DNA of 64,000 bases from contig RQSC01000974.1 of NCBI GenBank assembly GCA_013416795.1, positions 42,854 to 106,853 on the forward strand. The letters run 5' to 3'. Within the stretch, counting starts at the first letter, position 1, and each line of letters begins with the position of its first letter. Under the pieces are notes generated by a model. The model was not told the DNA's origin, did not search any database, and saw nothing but the letters and a program-made list of their open reading frames with translations. Positions 55,866 to 64,000 of the stretch are shown one piece after another. The DNA is from Prasinococcaceae sp. CCMP 1430. Its lineage: Eukaryota > Plantae > Prasinodermophyta. A program made the translations under genes and the position numbers.

Positions 55866-58800
55866 ATGCGCGCGAGGCTCCCGGCCGGTCACGCTTTTGA
55901 TCCGCTTTGTGCGTTGGGGATGGCACACCGCATCAGGTCAAACGAAGGTGTGGTTGGCACTCTGCGGATTCGTTTTCGCCGCGTCGGTTCCCCGAGCGCG
56001 CTCTTGCCGCGCGCGGGGCCCGAATTTGAAAACGGCGCGCGCAAGAGCAGGGCGCGCGCGTGTGGCGCTCGCGCCACACGGCGGCGCCCGGGCGGCGGCG
56101 CGCGCCCGGAGGCGATCGCGGCCGCTCGCCGCCAGCGCGAGGCCTCGCTGCGGCAGCAGCAGAGTGCGGAGGGGGAGGGGGCCTACCCCCGCGCCAGACC
56201 TGGCGGCGGGGGCGACGGTGCCAGTCCGCTCGCGGTCGCGCCCCACGCCGTGTCCGCCGAGACAGTGGCGGAGCCCGCGCCCCGCGCCGCGCCTGAAGCG
56301 CCGCCGGCGCCGGTGCGGCAGCCGCGCACGTCCACATACTACGATGCGCCGGAAAACTTCAGCCCGTCGCACTCGCCGGATGCCGTGCCCGAGCCATCCC
56401 TCGAACCTGCTGCGGCCGCGCCTCCTGCGCGGCCTTCCGAGCGAAAGGCTCCGTCGCAGTTCGCCGCCGACATCACGCGTCACGACCGCGAGCCGTCCGC
56501 CCGCTCCGCCCTCGCTGCGGCGCAGCGTGTCGACGCCGCGCGCCGCGCAGCTGCGCTGCGCGAGCGGCATTCGGCCGCTGAGCGGGCCTCGCAGCCCAGA
56601 GAGCAGACGGACGTCACCCGTGAGCAGGCGCTCGAGGTGCTCCGCATCGTGCAGGACGATCGCACGGCTATGGGACCCGCGGAACCCGAGCCCGCCGAGC
56701 GACTGCGTGCTACGCCGAGGCTGGCGCTGGTGGAGATAGCGCGCCGCCGCGACGACGAGATGCGCGCGGAGGCTGAGCGCATGAAGCGCCGCGCGGCAGC
56801 GCAGGAGGTCGCCGCCAAGGCTGCCACGGCGCGCTTGCGCGCCGCCGCCAAGGCCAATTCCGCGGCGCAGGAGGCTGCGGCGAAGGCGCTTGAAGCTGCC
56901 GCAGTCGACCAACAGCGAGTTGAGGAGACGCACGCAGCCTCGGCGCCCACGACGCCGGGGGTGCCTGCCGCGCTCGCCGTGCCGGCGATCGTCAAGGCGA
57001 AGCGCACCGCCTCGGGTGCGAGCCCGCAGGCGCGCACCGCCAGCTCGCCGGCCGTGCCTGGACTGCTGCGAGCGAAGAAGGCCATCATGCGCGTCTTTGC
57101 CGCCGATCGCGCCGGGGGCGGAGGGGGCACAGGCGAATCGACGGGGGCCTCGAAGGAGGACGCGAAAGAGCCTGCAACGGTGGCGCCGCCTGAGCGCAAT
57201 CCTGCCCTGCGCAAAGCGCGTGAGCTCGGCCTCACTCGCGAGGAGGCGGAGCATGCGGTGAAGGTTGAGGCAAGCAAAGCCAAGCCATGGCGTGCTCACA
57301 TGCGCAAGACCTCGACCCCTTCTGCGGCGACGACGCACTCAGAGGCCGAGGGCCCAGCCACGCACGAGGAGGGAAAGGACCCGGCCAGACAGGCCGACAT
57401 CAAGGCATTTATGGTCCGCAAGCGTAGGGAGGTGCGCCGCCGCGAGGAGGAGGAACGGCGTGCCAAAGAGGAGGCAGGGAAGCGGCGGCAGGATGCCGTG
57501 CGTGCCGCCGCGGAGCGTGAGCGCGCGGAGGCCGCGGAATTTCAGGCGCGCGCAGCCCGCGCCGATGCCATCGGCGACGTTTCAAGCGACAGCCTCCGCC
57601 ATGACGCTGTCGACGGTGGGGTCGGGGGTCGCGAGTTGAGCCGTGCGGCACGATGGGCGGACAGACGCACGGAGGGGCGCCGACCAAGGCCCGCGGGGCG
57701 AGGGCCCAGCGACTACGAGGACGAGGTCGAGGACGATGGCGCGCGTAGGAAGTTGCGGCCGCGCACGGCTCCCGGGCGCGTGCGCAGGCACACCCCGGCG
57801 ACTGCACGCGCTTCCGTTCGTCGCGCAGGCAGCGGGACAGCAGCTCGCCGGCGACCCACGAGTGCGCGCACACGCGCGGGCGGCGAAGCGGCGTTCACGG
57901 CTTCGAGGCGGGCGCAGCAGGCCGCCTTGCGGGCGGCCTCTCACCACGCGGATGTCATGGCCGGGTTGTCCGCCCCGCGAGCAGACCTCGCCCCCTCCGG
58001 AGGCGATAGCGCTGCCATCGCCGAGGCGCCTGCCACTGCAACCGCAGCCGCGCAGCGGGCGTCGGAACAGGACGCGGCGCTTCGCGACGTGGCTGGGCGG
58101 CTGAGCGCGAAGCTCAATCAGATTAGCCACTCCGTCGAGCAGGCCGTCGAGCAGGCCGTCCTGCGTTTGTCTGCAGGAAGCGAGTCTGACAGTGGGGGTG
58201 CCAAGCAAACGTCCGTGGAACCTCCGGCGCGCGCGCCTGACGAAGTCGAACTCGCGGCTGCAGCGGCGGCCGCGAGGTATCGGGTAGCGAGCGAACACCC
58301 CCTCTCGCCTGTGTCCGGCTCCGCCGCAGTCGCCGCGGCGCCCGGATGTGGCGACAATGAGATGGCCATGATGGACGCCGAGTTCGCGCACACCTACAAG
58401 GCAGCTTTCGACGAGGCGGAGCAGCTCATGCAGCTCATGCGCGAGAGCGAAAGCGATGGCGACGAGACCAGCGACAGCGCGCGCCACGAGGCCACGGGTT
58501 GGTCTCTGGCTGGCCCGGACGACGTGGGCCAGCTCATGCGCACCTACGACGAAACGGAGAGCCCCTCTGCGAGCAATCTGACTCGCGACTACGTGGGCAA
58601 CAATCCAGCGCCGTCGCCCGTCGACAGCGTGAAAAACGAGAAGTTGCGCGCGCACGCCGAGGCCGTTGAGCGGGCCTTGCGCAACGACGAACAAGCCGAG
58701 GCGCTCGCGGCTGCCGAGCGCTCTCGTGGACCACGCGTGGTAGCACCTGCGATGGTAGAGCTCGACGCCTCAGCAGCGCCCGAGCTGCCGCACCAGTCCG

Positions 58801-61800
58801 TGTCGCCGCTACGCAGGAGCCTCGTGGACGACGGCGCCGATGGCCGAAACTCAGACGCTGATGCGACTGCCTCGTACGGATCACTTGGCCCCACCGCGGC
58901 GGGCGCGGCGCCCCCGTCTCTCTCAGAGTCAAGCTCAGGCCTGACGAGCGCGCTCGCCAGAGCGCTCGACGAAATGGCGCTCCAAGACGTGCCCGTTCCA
59001 CAGCGAGGGGACTATCTTTCGCCCATCAACGTGTACACTCGAAAGGTGCTTTTGAAAGAGCAGCAGCCTCAGCAGCAGCAGCGGCAAGATGTTCAAGAGC
59101 AGGAGGAGCCATCGCAGGCGCCGATCGCGCCGAGCCAGCACGTGACAGACGCCATCGAGCAGGAAGCCAAGCGGCAGCGCGAGGAGCGGGCCGCGGCTGA
59201 CGCGGCTCGCCTGGAGGCGGCTCTGCAGGCCGCCGAGCGCGCGGCCGAGGTGGCGCAGGCGGCGCAGCGCGCGGCAGAGGAGGCAGCAGGCGTAGCCAAG
59301 GATGGCTCATCCGAGGCCATCGCCGCGGCTGCTGCGTCGCTCAACGCGCTGAGGGCCGCAGGCGAGGGCGGCACCGAAGGCAGCAAGCCATCCGAAGCAC
59401 CCGCGCGGACGACCGACGAGCCCGTGCGCGCAGCGCCATCGCCGGCAATGTCAGCCGCTGCGGCGGCGCGCGCCGCCGCATCGTCGCCGCCAAACAAGCG
59501 CCTGACTCCCGCCGAGCTCAGCATGCGCCTCGCGGCAGAAGTGACGCACCTCGAGGAGGTCAATGACGCAGTTGACGAGATGGCGGCGCTCGAGATGCAG
59601 CGAGCCATGTCGGCGGCGCAGGGCGAGGCCGCAGGGCTCGCGCGAGCGCTTCAGGCGCAGCGGCGCGTGGCCGAGGAGGCCACGGACGCGCGCGAGACTT
59701 CGCGCGAGCGCGACGAGCACGCCAAGTCCACCACCGCCACCCTGATCTCTGAGGCTGCCAAAGCCATGCGCGAGGAGGCGAGCGGGCACATGCGAGGCAT
59801 GGCCGAGGCATTCTCAGGCGCGCTGGACAAGCATTCCGAAGCAGCGACCGAGGCAGCGGCGACGGCAGCCGCGCTGGCCGCTGAACGCGCCGCGCAGGCC
59901 GTTGCGGCAGCCGTGCAGGCCGCGCCCCCGCCGCAGCTCGCCGTCGTCGCCCCTGCGAATGCAACCCAGCACGCCCCAGCTCGGCCAGGGGCCGCAGCTC
60001 CGTTCGCACCGGAGGTGGCGAGCGCCGGGGCGAGGGTACCTCCAGCGACCATCTCCGCGCCGACGGGATCGCCGGATGCGCTCTCGCCCACAGCGCGTCA
60101 ACGGCGCTCGCCAGTGCCGCGCACGACGTTTTCGCCGGAGCTCGCATCAGCTTCAGCGTCGGCGGGCCCGACGCCACAGCAATCAGCCTCGAAGGCACCC
60201 TCGCTGATGGTGACGGCGCGCTCCGACGCAGGGTACAGCGAAGACTTCGAGTCCACCGTCGCTGACGGCGCGAGTAGCGCCGCGGCCGAGGTATCCGACG
60301 ATGCTCTGTCAGAGCCCACGCAACGGACCGCCTCGATCCTCGAGTCGTTCGACTCGCCCTCTACGAGCGACGGTAGCGGGAGTGCTCGCGCGGCCCCAGC
60401 CCCAGCCTTGGCTGTCGGCGGCGCTGGAGGATCGCCACTTCCTAGCCCTGCAGCGGCCCCGGACGAGACCTTTGGCACGCCTGGGGCGTCGCCTCCCACC
60501 AGCGATGGGAGCGTTCTGAGCACTGATCCGCTCGGACAAGCCGAGGCGCGACTGGCCGCGGAGGAGGCCGACCTCGCGTCGCTCGAGAGAGCCATTGAGA
60601 GCGCCACCGAGCTCAAGCTGCGCGAGATCTGGCGCGACAAAGGGCTCAGCGAGGCAGCAGCCAGGGACCCTGCACGCGCCCGAAGCAGGCGTGAGCGGAT
60701 GGTTCTGTCGAAGCGCGATGCCGACGTGGCAGATGTCGAGCGGCAGCGAGCGGCGGCGCGCGCGGAGGTGGCGAGGCAGCGACTGTACTTCGAGCAGGCG
60801 CGCGTTGCACGCGGTTCGCCTCCTCGAAAGCAAAGGCGCACGGGCGCGCGCACCGAAGCCGGCGCGGTCGCCGATGCAGCGATGGAGGATTCCACGGGCG
60901 CCAGCGTCATCACCGAAGACATGCCGAGCACCGCCGGCGGCTCGAGCGCCAGCTCACCCATCCCGAGCGAGATTCTCGGCGGAGGCAGCGACGGCGAGAG
61001 CGGCGCTGTGAGTGACGTCTCAGGGAGCTCCGCCGAACAGCAGCGTCGCGTGGACGACTTGCAGGGCATGGTCAATGCGCGCAAGCGCGAGGCGTCCAAG
61101 CTCGCGCTCGCCGTCAAGGAGCGCTCGCTCGCCGCAGAACTCGAGGCGGTCGATGCGGTGGTCAAAGCCAACAGAGCAGCGCTTGAGACACCCGTCGTCG
61201 TCCCACCGATGGAGGAGGCGTTTCCCTCCGATGCGAGCGGCGCGGGCACGGCAGGCGGCGCGTCAGCCGAGGGGCGCGACGCTCCATCCACCTCGGAGGG
61301 CACGAGTGGCGCAGCCGTCGCCGAGCCGGCGCCGGCGCTGCCGGTGCACACAGCTGGCACCGCCACTGAGCCCGCCCCCGACTCGCCCTCGGTGAGGACC
61401 GACTCGTCCATCCTCGACGATACCTTTCCTTCGGAGGACACCGACATCTCGCTCGACGAGAGCAGCGGGGTAGCCCCCCCGGTTGCTCCCGAAGCGGCTG
61501 CGGCTGAGGGGACGACAGCCGCCGAGGCGGCCGCTATCGACGCGGAGCCTGCGTCGCCCACGTCGGAAGCGGCAGCGACCAGCGAATCCATTGAAGAGGA
61601 GTCTGCGGCGTCATTCGTGTCGGATACAAGCAGTGCGGGGTCGGAGGATGCAGTCGAGGCCACGAGCACCGCTGCTGCTGCCCCGCTTTCGACGACCCTC
61701 GGTGCGCCGTCGGCGCCCGCGGAGCTGCCCGAGCGACCGAGCACTTCGCGGGGGCGCGCGGCGGGCGAGGACGGCGGCGAGACAGACGGTAGCGACGAGC

Positions 61801-62516
61801 TGATCGAAGTCGAAAGCGGAGAGAGCGACTCCGATGATGGCTTCGAGGAGTACACCACAGACGACCTGGAGCTCGACGAGGATGAGGTCGATGCTGAGAT
61901 AGGTGCGGCCGTCGTCGCCGCGGGCGGCGAGGAGCTCGATACGCCTGTGCCAGCGGTGTCCGAGCCGCCGCCGCCGCAGCTGCGCATCGACGCGGCGTAC
62001 GCCGCCGATTTCGTGGCCGCGGCGCTGGCGGACTCAAATCCTGAGGAGCGCATGCGCGACGGAGGGCCCGAAGCCGTGCCAATCTCGGCCGAGTGGCTCG
62101 AGCGCCGCGCGGCGGCACGAGCGCGCGCCGAAGGCGCCGAGGGCGCGGGTGGCCACGCCCCCGAGCAGGCTGTGTGGGACCGGGCACTGCTGGATGCCGT
62201 CAACGAGGCGCTCATGGAGCTTGGCCCCTACCGTCCACGCGGCGTCTCGGTGTCGGGCGTCGCGCTTCAAGGGGAGCACCTCAGCAAGGCGGTGCAGGCC
62301 AAGGTGGCCTCGTGGCTGTCCCTGCCGGCGAAGGCGAGCGTGGACGCCGTGCTTGCGGCCGATGCGCTCGCGGACGAGGCCACGTGGCTCATGCTCGAGG
62401 AGGAGCAGTACGAGCTCAAGCTCGAGCTCGCGGATGCCATATTCGAGGACCTCGTGGAGGACGCGGTCGGCGCGCTCGACAGGGCGGAGACCGTGCGCAA
62501 CCGCGTGGTCCTGTGA
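55866..62516 (+). CDS. CEP350: CEP350/CAP350-like large centriolar coiled-coil protein with C-terminal DUF4378-type domain (true start uncertain)
   Basis: 2216-aa ORF. LTPAELSMRLAAEVTHLEEVNDAVDEMAALEMQRAMSAAQGE and C-terminal RALLDAVNEAL...WLMLEEEQYELKLELADAIFEDLVEDAV resemble conserved CEP350 blocks. Confidence 0.7.
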   Translation: MRARLPAGHAFDPLCALGMAHRIRSNEGVVGTLRIRFRRVGSPSALLPRAGPEFENGARKSRARACGARATRRRPGGGARPEAIAAARRQREASLRQQQSAEGEGAYPRARPGGGGDGASPLAVAPHAVSAETVAEPAPRAAPEAPPAPVRQPRTSTYYDAPENFSPSHSPDAVPEPSLEPAAAAPPARPSERKAPSQFAADITRHDREPSARSALAAAQRVDAARRAAALRERHSAAERASQPREQTDVTREQALEVLRIVQDDRTAMGPAEPEPAERLRATPRLALVEIARRRDDEMRAEAERMKRRAAAQEVAAKAATARLRAAAKANSAAQEAAAKALEAAAVDQQRVEETHAASAPTTPGVPAALAVPAIVKAKRTASGASPQARTASSPAVPGLLRAKKAIMRVFAADRAGGGGGTGESTGASKEDAKEPATVAPPERNPALRKARELGLTREEAEHAVKVEASKAKPWRAHMRKTSTPSAATTHSEAEGPATHEEGKDPARQADIKAFMVRKRREVRRREEEERRAKEEAGKRRQDAVRAAAERERAEAAEFQARAARADAIGDVSSDSLRHDAVDGGVGGRELSRAARWADRRTEGRRPRPAGRGPSDYEDEVEDDGARRKLRPRTAPGRVRRHTPATARASVRRAGSGTAARRRPTSARTRAGGEAAFTASRRAQQAALRAASHHADVMAGLSAPRADLAPSGGDSAAIAEAPATATAAAQRASEQDAALRDVAGRLSAKLNQISHSVEQAVEQAVLRLSAGSESDSGGAKQTSVEPPARAPDEVELAAAAAAARYRVASEHPLSPVSGSAAVAAAPGCGDNEMAMMDAEFAHTYKAAFDEAEQLMQLMRESESDGDETSDSARHEATGWSLAGPDDVGQLMRTYDETESPSASNLTRDYVGNNPAPSPVDSVKNEKLRAHAEAVERALRNDEQAEALAAAERSRGPRVVAPAMVELDASAAPELPHQSVSPLRRSLVDDGADGRNSDADATASYGSLGPTAAGAAPPSLSESSSGLTSALARALDEMALQDVPVPQRGDYLSPINVYTRKVLLKEQQPQQQQRQDVQEQEEPSQAPIAPSQHVTDAIEQEAKRQREERAAADAARLEAALQAAERAAEVAQAAQRAAEEAAGVAKDGSSEAIAAAAASLNALRAAGEGGTEGSKPSEAPARTTDEPVRAAPSPAMSAAAAARAAASSPPNKRLTPAELSMRLAAEVTHLEEVNDAVDEMAALEMQRAMSAAQGEAAGLARALQAQRRVAEEATDARETSRERDEHAKSTTATLISEAAKAMREEASGHMRGMAEAFSGALDKHSEAATEAAATAAALAAERAAQAVAAAVQAAPPPQLAVVAPANATQHAPARPGAAAPFAPEVASAGARVPPATISAPTGSPDALSPTARQRRSPVPRTTFSPELASASASAGPTPQQSASKAPSLMVTARSDAGYSEDFESTVADGASSAAAEVSDDALSEPTQRTASILESFDSPSTSDGSGSARAAPAPALAVGGAGGSPLPSPAAAPDETFGTPGASPPTSDGSVLSTDPLGQAEARLAAEEADLASLERAIESATELKLREIWRDKGLSEAAARDPARARSRRERMVLSKRDADVADVERQRAAARAEVARQRLYFEQARVARGSPPRKQRRTGARTEAGAVADAAMEDSTGASVITEDMPSTAGGSSASSPIPSEILGGGSDGESGAVSDVSGSSAEQQRRVDDLQGMVNARKREASKLALAVKERSLAAELEAVDAVVKANRAALETPVVVPPMEEAFPSDASGAGTAGGASAEGRDAPSTSEGTSGAAVAEPAPALPVHTAGTATEPAPDSPSVRTDSSILDDTFPSEDTDISLDESSGVAPPVAPEAAAAEGTTAAEAAAIDAEPASPTSEAAATSESIEEESAASFVSDTSSAGSEDAVEATSTAAAAPLSTTLGAPSAPAELPERPSTSRGRAAGEDGGETDGSDELIEVESGESDSDDGFEEYTTDDLELDEDEVDAEIGAAVVAAGGEELDTPVPAVSEPPPPQLRIDAAYAADFVAAALADSNPEERMRDGGPEAVPISAEWLERRAAARARAEGAEGAGGHAPEQAVWDRALLDAVNEALMELGPYRPRGVSVSGVALQGEHLSKAVQAKVASWLSLPAKASVDAVLAADALADEATWLMLEEEQYELKLELADAIFEDLVEDAVGALDRAETVRNRVVL

Positions 62517-62677
62517 GCTCGCGCCGCGTCGCAATTCGAACATAATACTAGGCATTGAGAGCTTACGCAGCCCCGAGCAACACCAGCGCGCGCTTTCAGA
62601 GGCGGTGGCCTGCCTGCGCGCCAGGGTACCTCTCTCTCTCTCCACCCACCCCCGGCGCCGCAGCGGGCAGCCGTCCC

Positions 62678-63409
62678 TTAGCGCTGCAGCTTGCTGACGA
62701 GCTGGCTGGCGCCGAACGCCGCCGAGCCACCCGCGATGAGGAGCGCGGCCAGCACGTACTGGCCCACCACGAGCGCCTGCGAGTCGTTCGGGATGAGGTA
62801 CACCTCGGCCGGCGCGGCGGCGAGCAGCGCAAAGGCGGGCAGAAGCAGCTTGGTGGGCAGGTCGCGGTCCTCCGCCGCGCTCAGCACCCCCAGCTTCTCG
62901 GCGGTGCTGAGCAGGCCGAGCTCCTCGATCTTGGTCAGGGACAGGCCGTTCTTCTCAAGCAGACTGAGCAGGCCAAGCTTCTCGGCCTTGCTCAACAGGC
63001 GCATGCGCTGGACGTTCTTGAGCAGCTGGGGCTTGCTCACGATGTCGTTCTCGGTCCTGCGAGGAGCGCGCGCGGGAGCGCGGGCGGCGGTGGCGCGCCG
63101 GCGTCGGTGGGGTCAGCGGCGCCGGGGCATCGGGCCGCGCGGCCTCGCCTTCGACGCTTCCACGTTCGGCAGGGCGCGCCCTCGCAGCGCGCGCGCGCTG
63201 CGCAGCTCTGCGGCACGCACTTGCGGATGTCCGAGACTTCGGCGAGGAAGCGGCGGCGGTTGCGGACGTTGGTGCCGATCTTCTCCGCCACGTCGACCAT
63301 GGCACCGCCGGGCACGAACACGCGCTCCTGGCCGATCTTTTTCGTCGCCATGGCCGCCACGCGCGCACGGCGCGTGGGCGCACCCGCGCGCGCGCCCGCC
63401 GCGCGGAGC
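62678..63409 (-). CDS. DUF1118 family plastid membrane protein; transit peptide extends into the gap
   Basis: Exons ..63221 and 63056-62678. RLLSKAEKLGLLSLLEKNGLSLTKIEELGLLSTAEKLGVLS followed by two hydrophobic helices; RARVAA-MATKK transit-peptide-like junction. Confidence 0.85.
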
Positions 63410-63915
63410 NNNNNNNNNNNNNNNNNNNNNNNNNNNNNNNNNNNNNNNNNNNNNNNNNNNNNNNNNNNNNNNNNNNNNNNNNNNNNNNNNNNNNNNNNNN
63501 NNNNNNNNNNNNNNNNNNNNNNNNNNNNNNNNNNNNNNNNNNNNNNNNNNNNNNNNNNNNNNNNNNNNNNNNNNNNNNNNNNNNNNNNNNNNNNNNNNNN
63601 NNNNNNNNNNNNNNNNNNNNNNNNNNNNNNNNNNNNNNNNNNNGCGCGATCCGGCGCGGACCGCCGGCGGCACGCGACGCCGCGACGACGCGCGCGAACC
63701 CAAACCCCTCCGAAGCGTCGCTGCGTTCGTTCGAACGTAAGAGCAAAGGCGTCATGAAACCCTACCCAAAATATGGATGGGACCGACACAGGTTGCGGCG
63801 AGCGGGCGCGCGCGCGCGCTTGCCGGGAGCGCGGCTGCGCGGGCCGAGAGGCGTGTGGTGTGTGTGTGTGGGGGGGAGGGGGCGGCGCGCGCGCGCGTCC
63901 CCCCCCCCCGTTTCC

Positions 63916-63973
63916 GGGTCGTTCTGTGGGATGCGACGCGCGGGAGCGCGCGTCGCATCCCACAGAACGACCC
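63916..63973. repeat. Perfect inverted repeat: 27-bp stem, 4-nt loop
   Basis: gggtcgttctgtgggatgcgacgcgcg-ggag-cgcgcgtcgcatcccacagaacgaccc; arms are exact reverse complements. Confidence 0.95.
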
Positions 63974-64000
63974 CCCGCGTACACGCGCGCGGGGGCGCGC

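Noticed and set aside
3122-63220. Introner-type repeated introns
   Set aside because: Introns share only donor/branch consensus and GC/CA low complexity; no extended identity between introns was seen.

Overview
Gene-dense (about 25 genes in 64 kb), roughly 70% GC eukaryotic nuclear DNA with short GT-AG introns and five N gaps. Several genes point to a green alga of prasinophyte grade: plant-type long HisG, four-MA3 MRF, A_thal_3526-family protein, DUF1118, complex I gamma-CA and a Chlamydomonas-like CFAP45. TGTAA motifs follow several stop codons. Prasinoderma-like is a guess from composition only. Most loci are housekeeping: RBBP6, NFU1, VPS9, CAP-D2, DPAGT1, HisG, AP-1 mu, a nucleotide-sugar transporter and a SET methyltransferase. 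Unusual items: (1) a secreted AA15-type LPMO with CBM14 and a poly-Lys/RRLL tail, flanked by a membrane-anchored insulysin and a (GY)8/Pro-rich surface protein; (2) a signal-peptide- and TM-bearing GBP/atlastin-like protein with a destroyed P-loop; (3) an AlkB dioxygenase fused to a photolyase-like N-terminal domain; (4) about 400 bp of bacterial-looking TPR coding sequence inside the 5' end of the SET gene; (5) CEP350- and MZT2-like centrosomal genes; (6) a spliced 43-aa microprotein; (7) dispersed intergenic repeats, telomere-like tracts and a perfect 27-bp hairpin. All family assignments come from motif recognition by eye; no database search was run.
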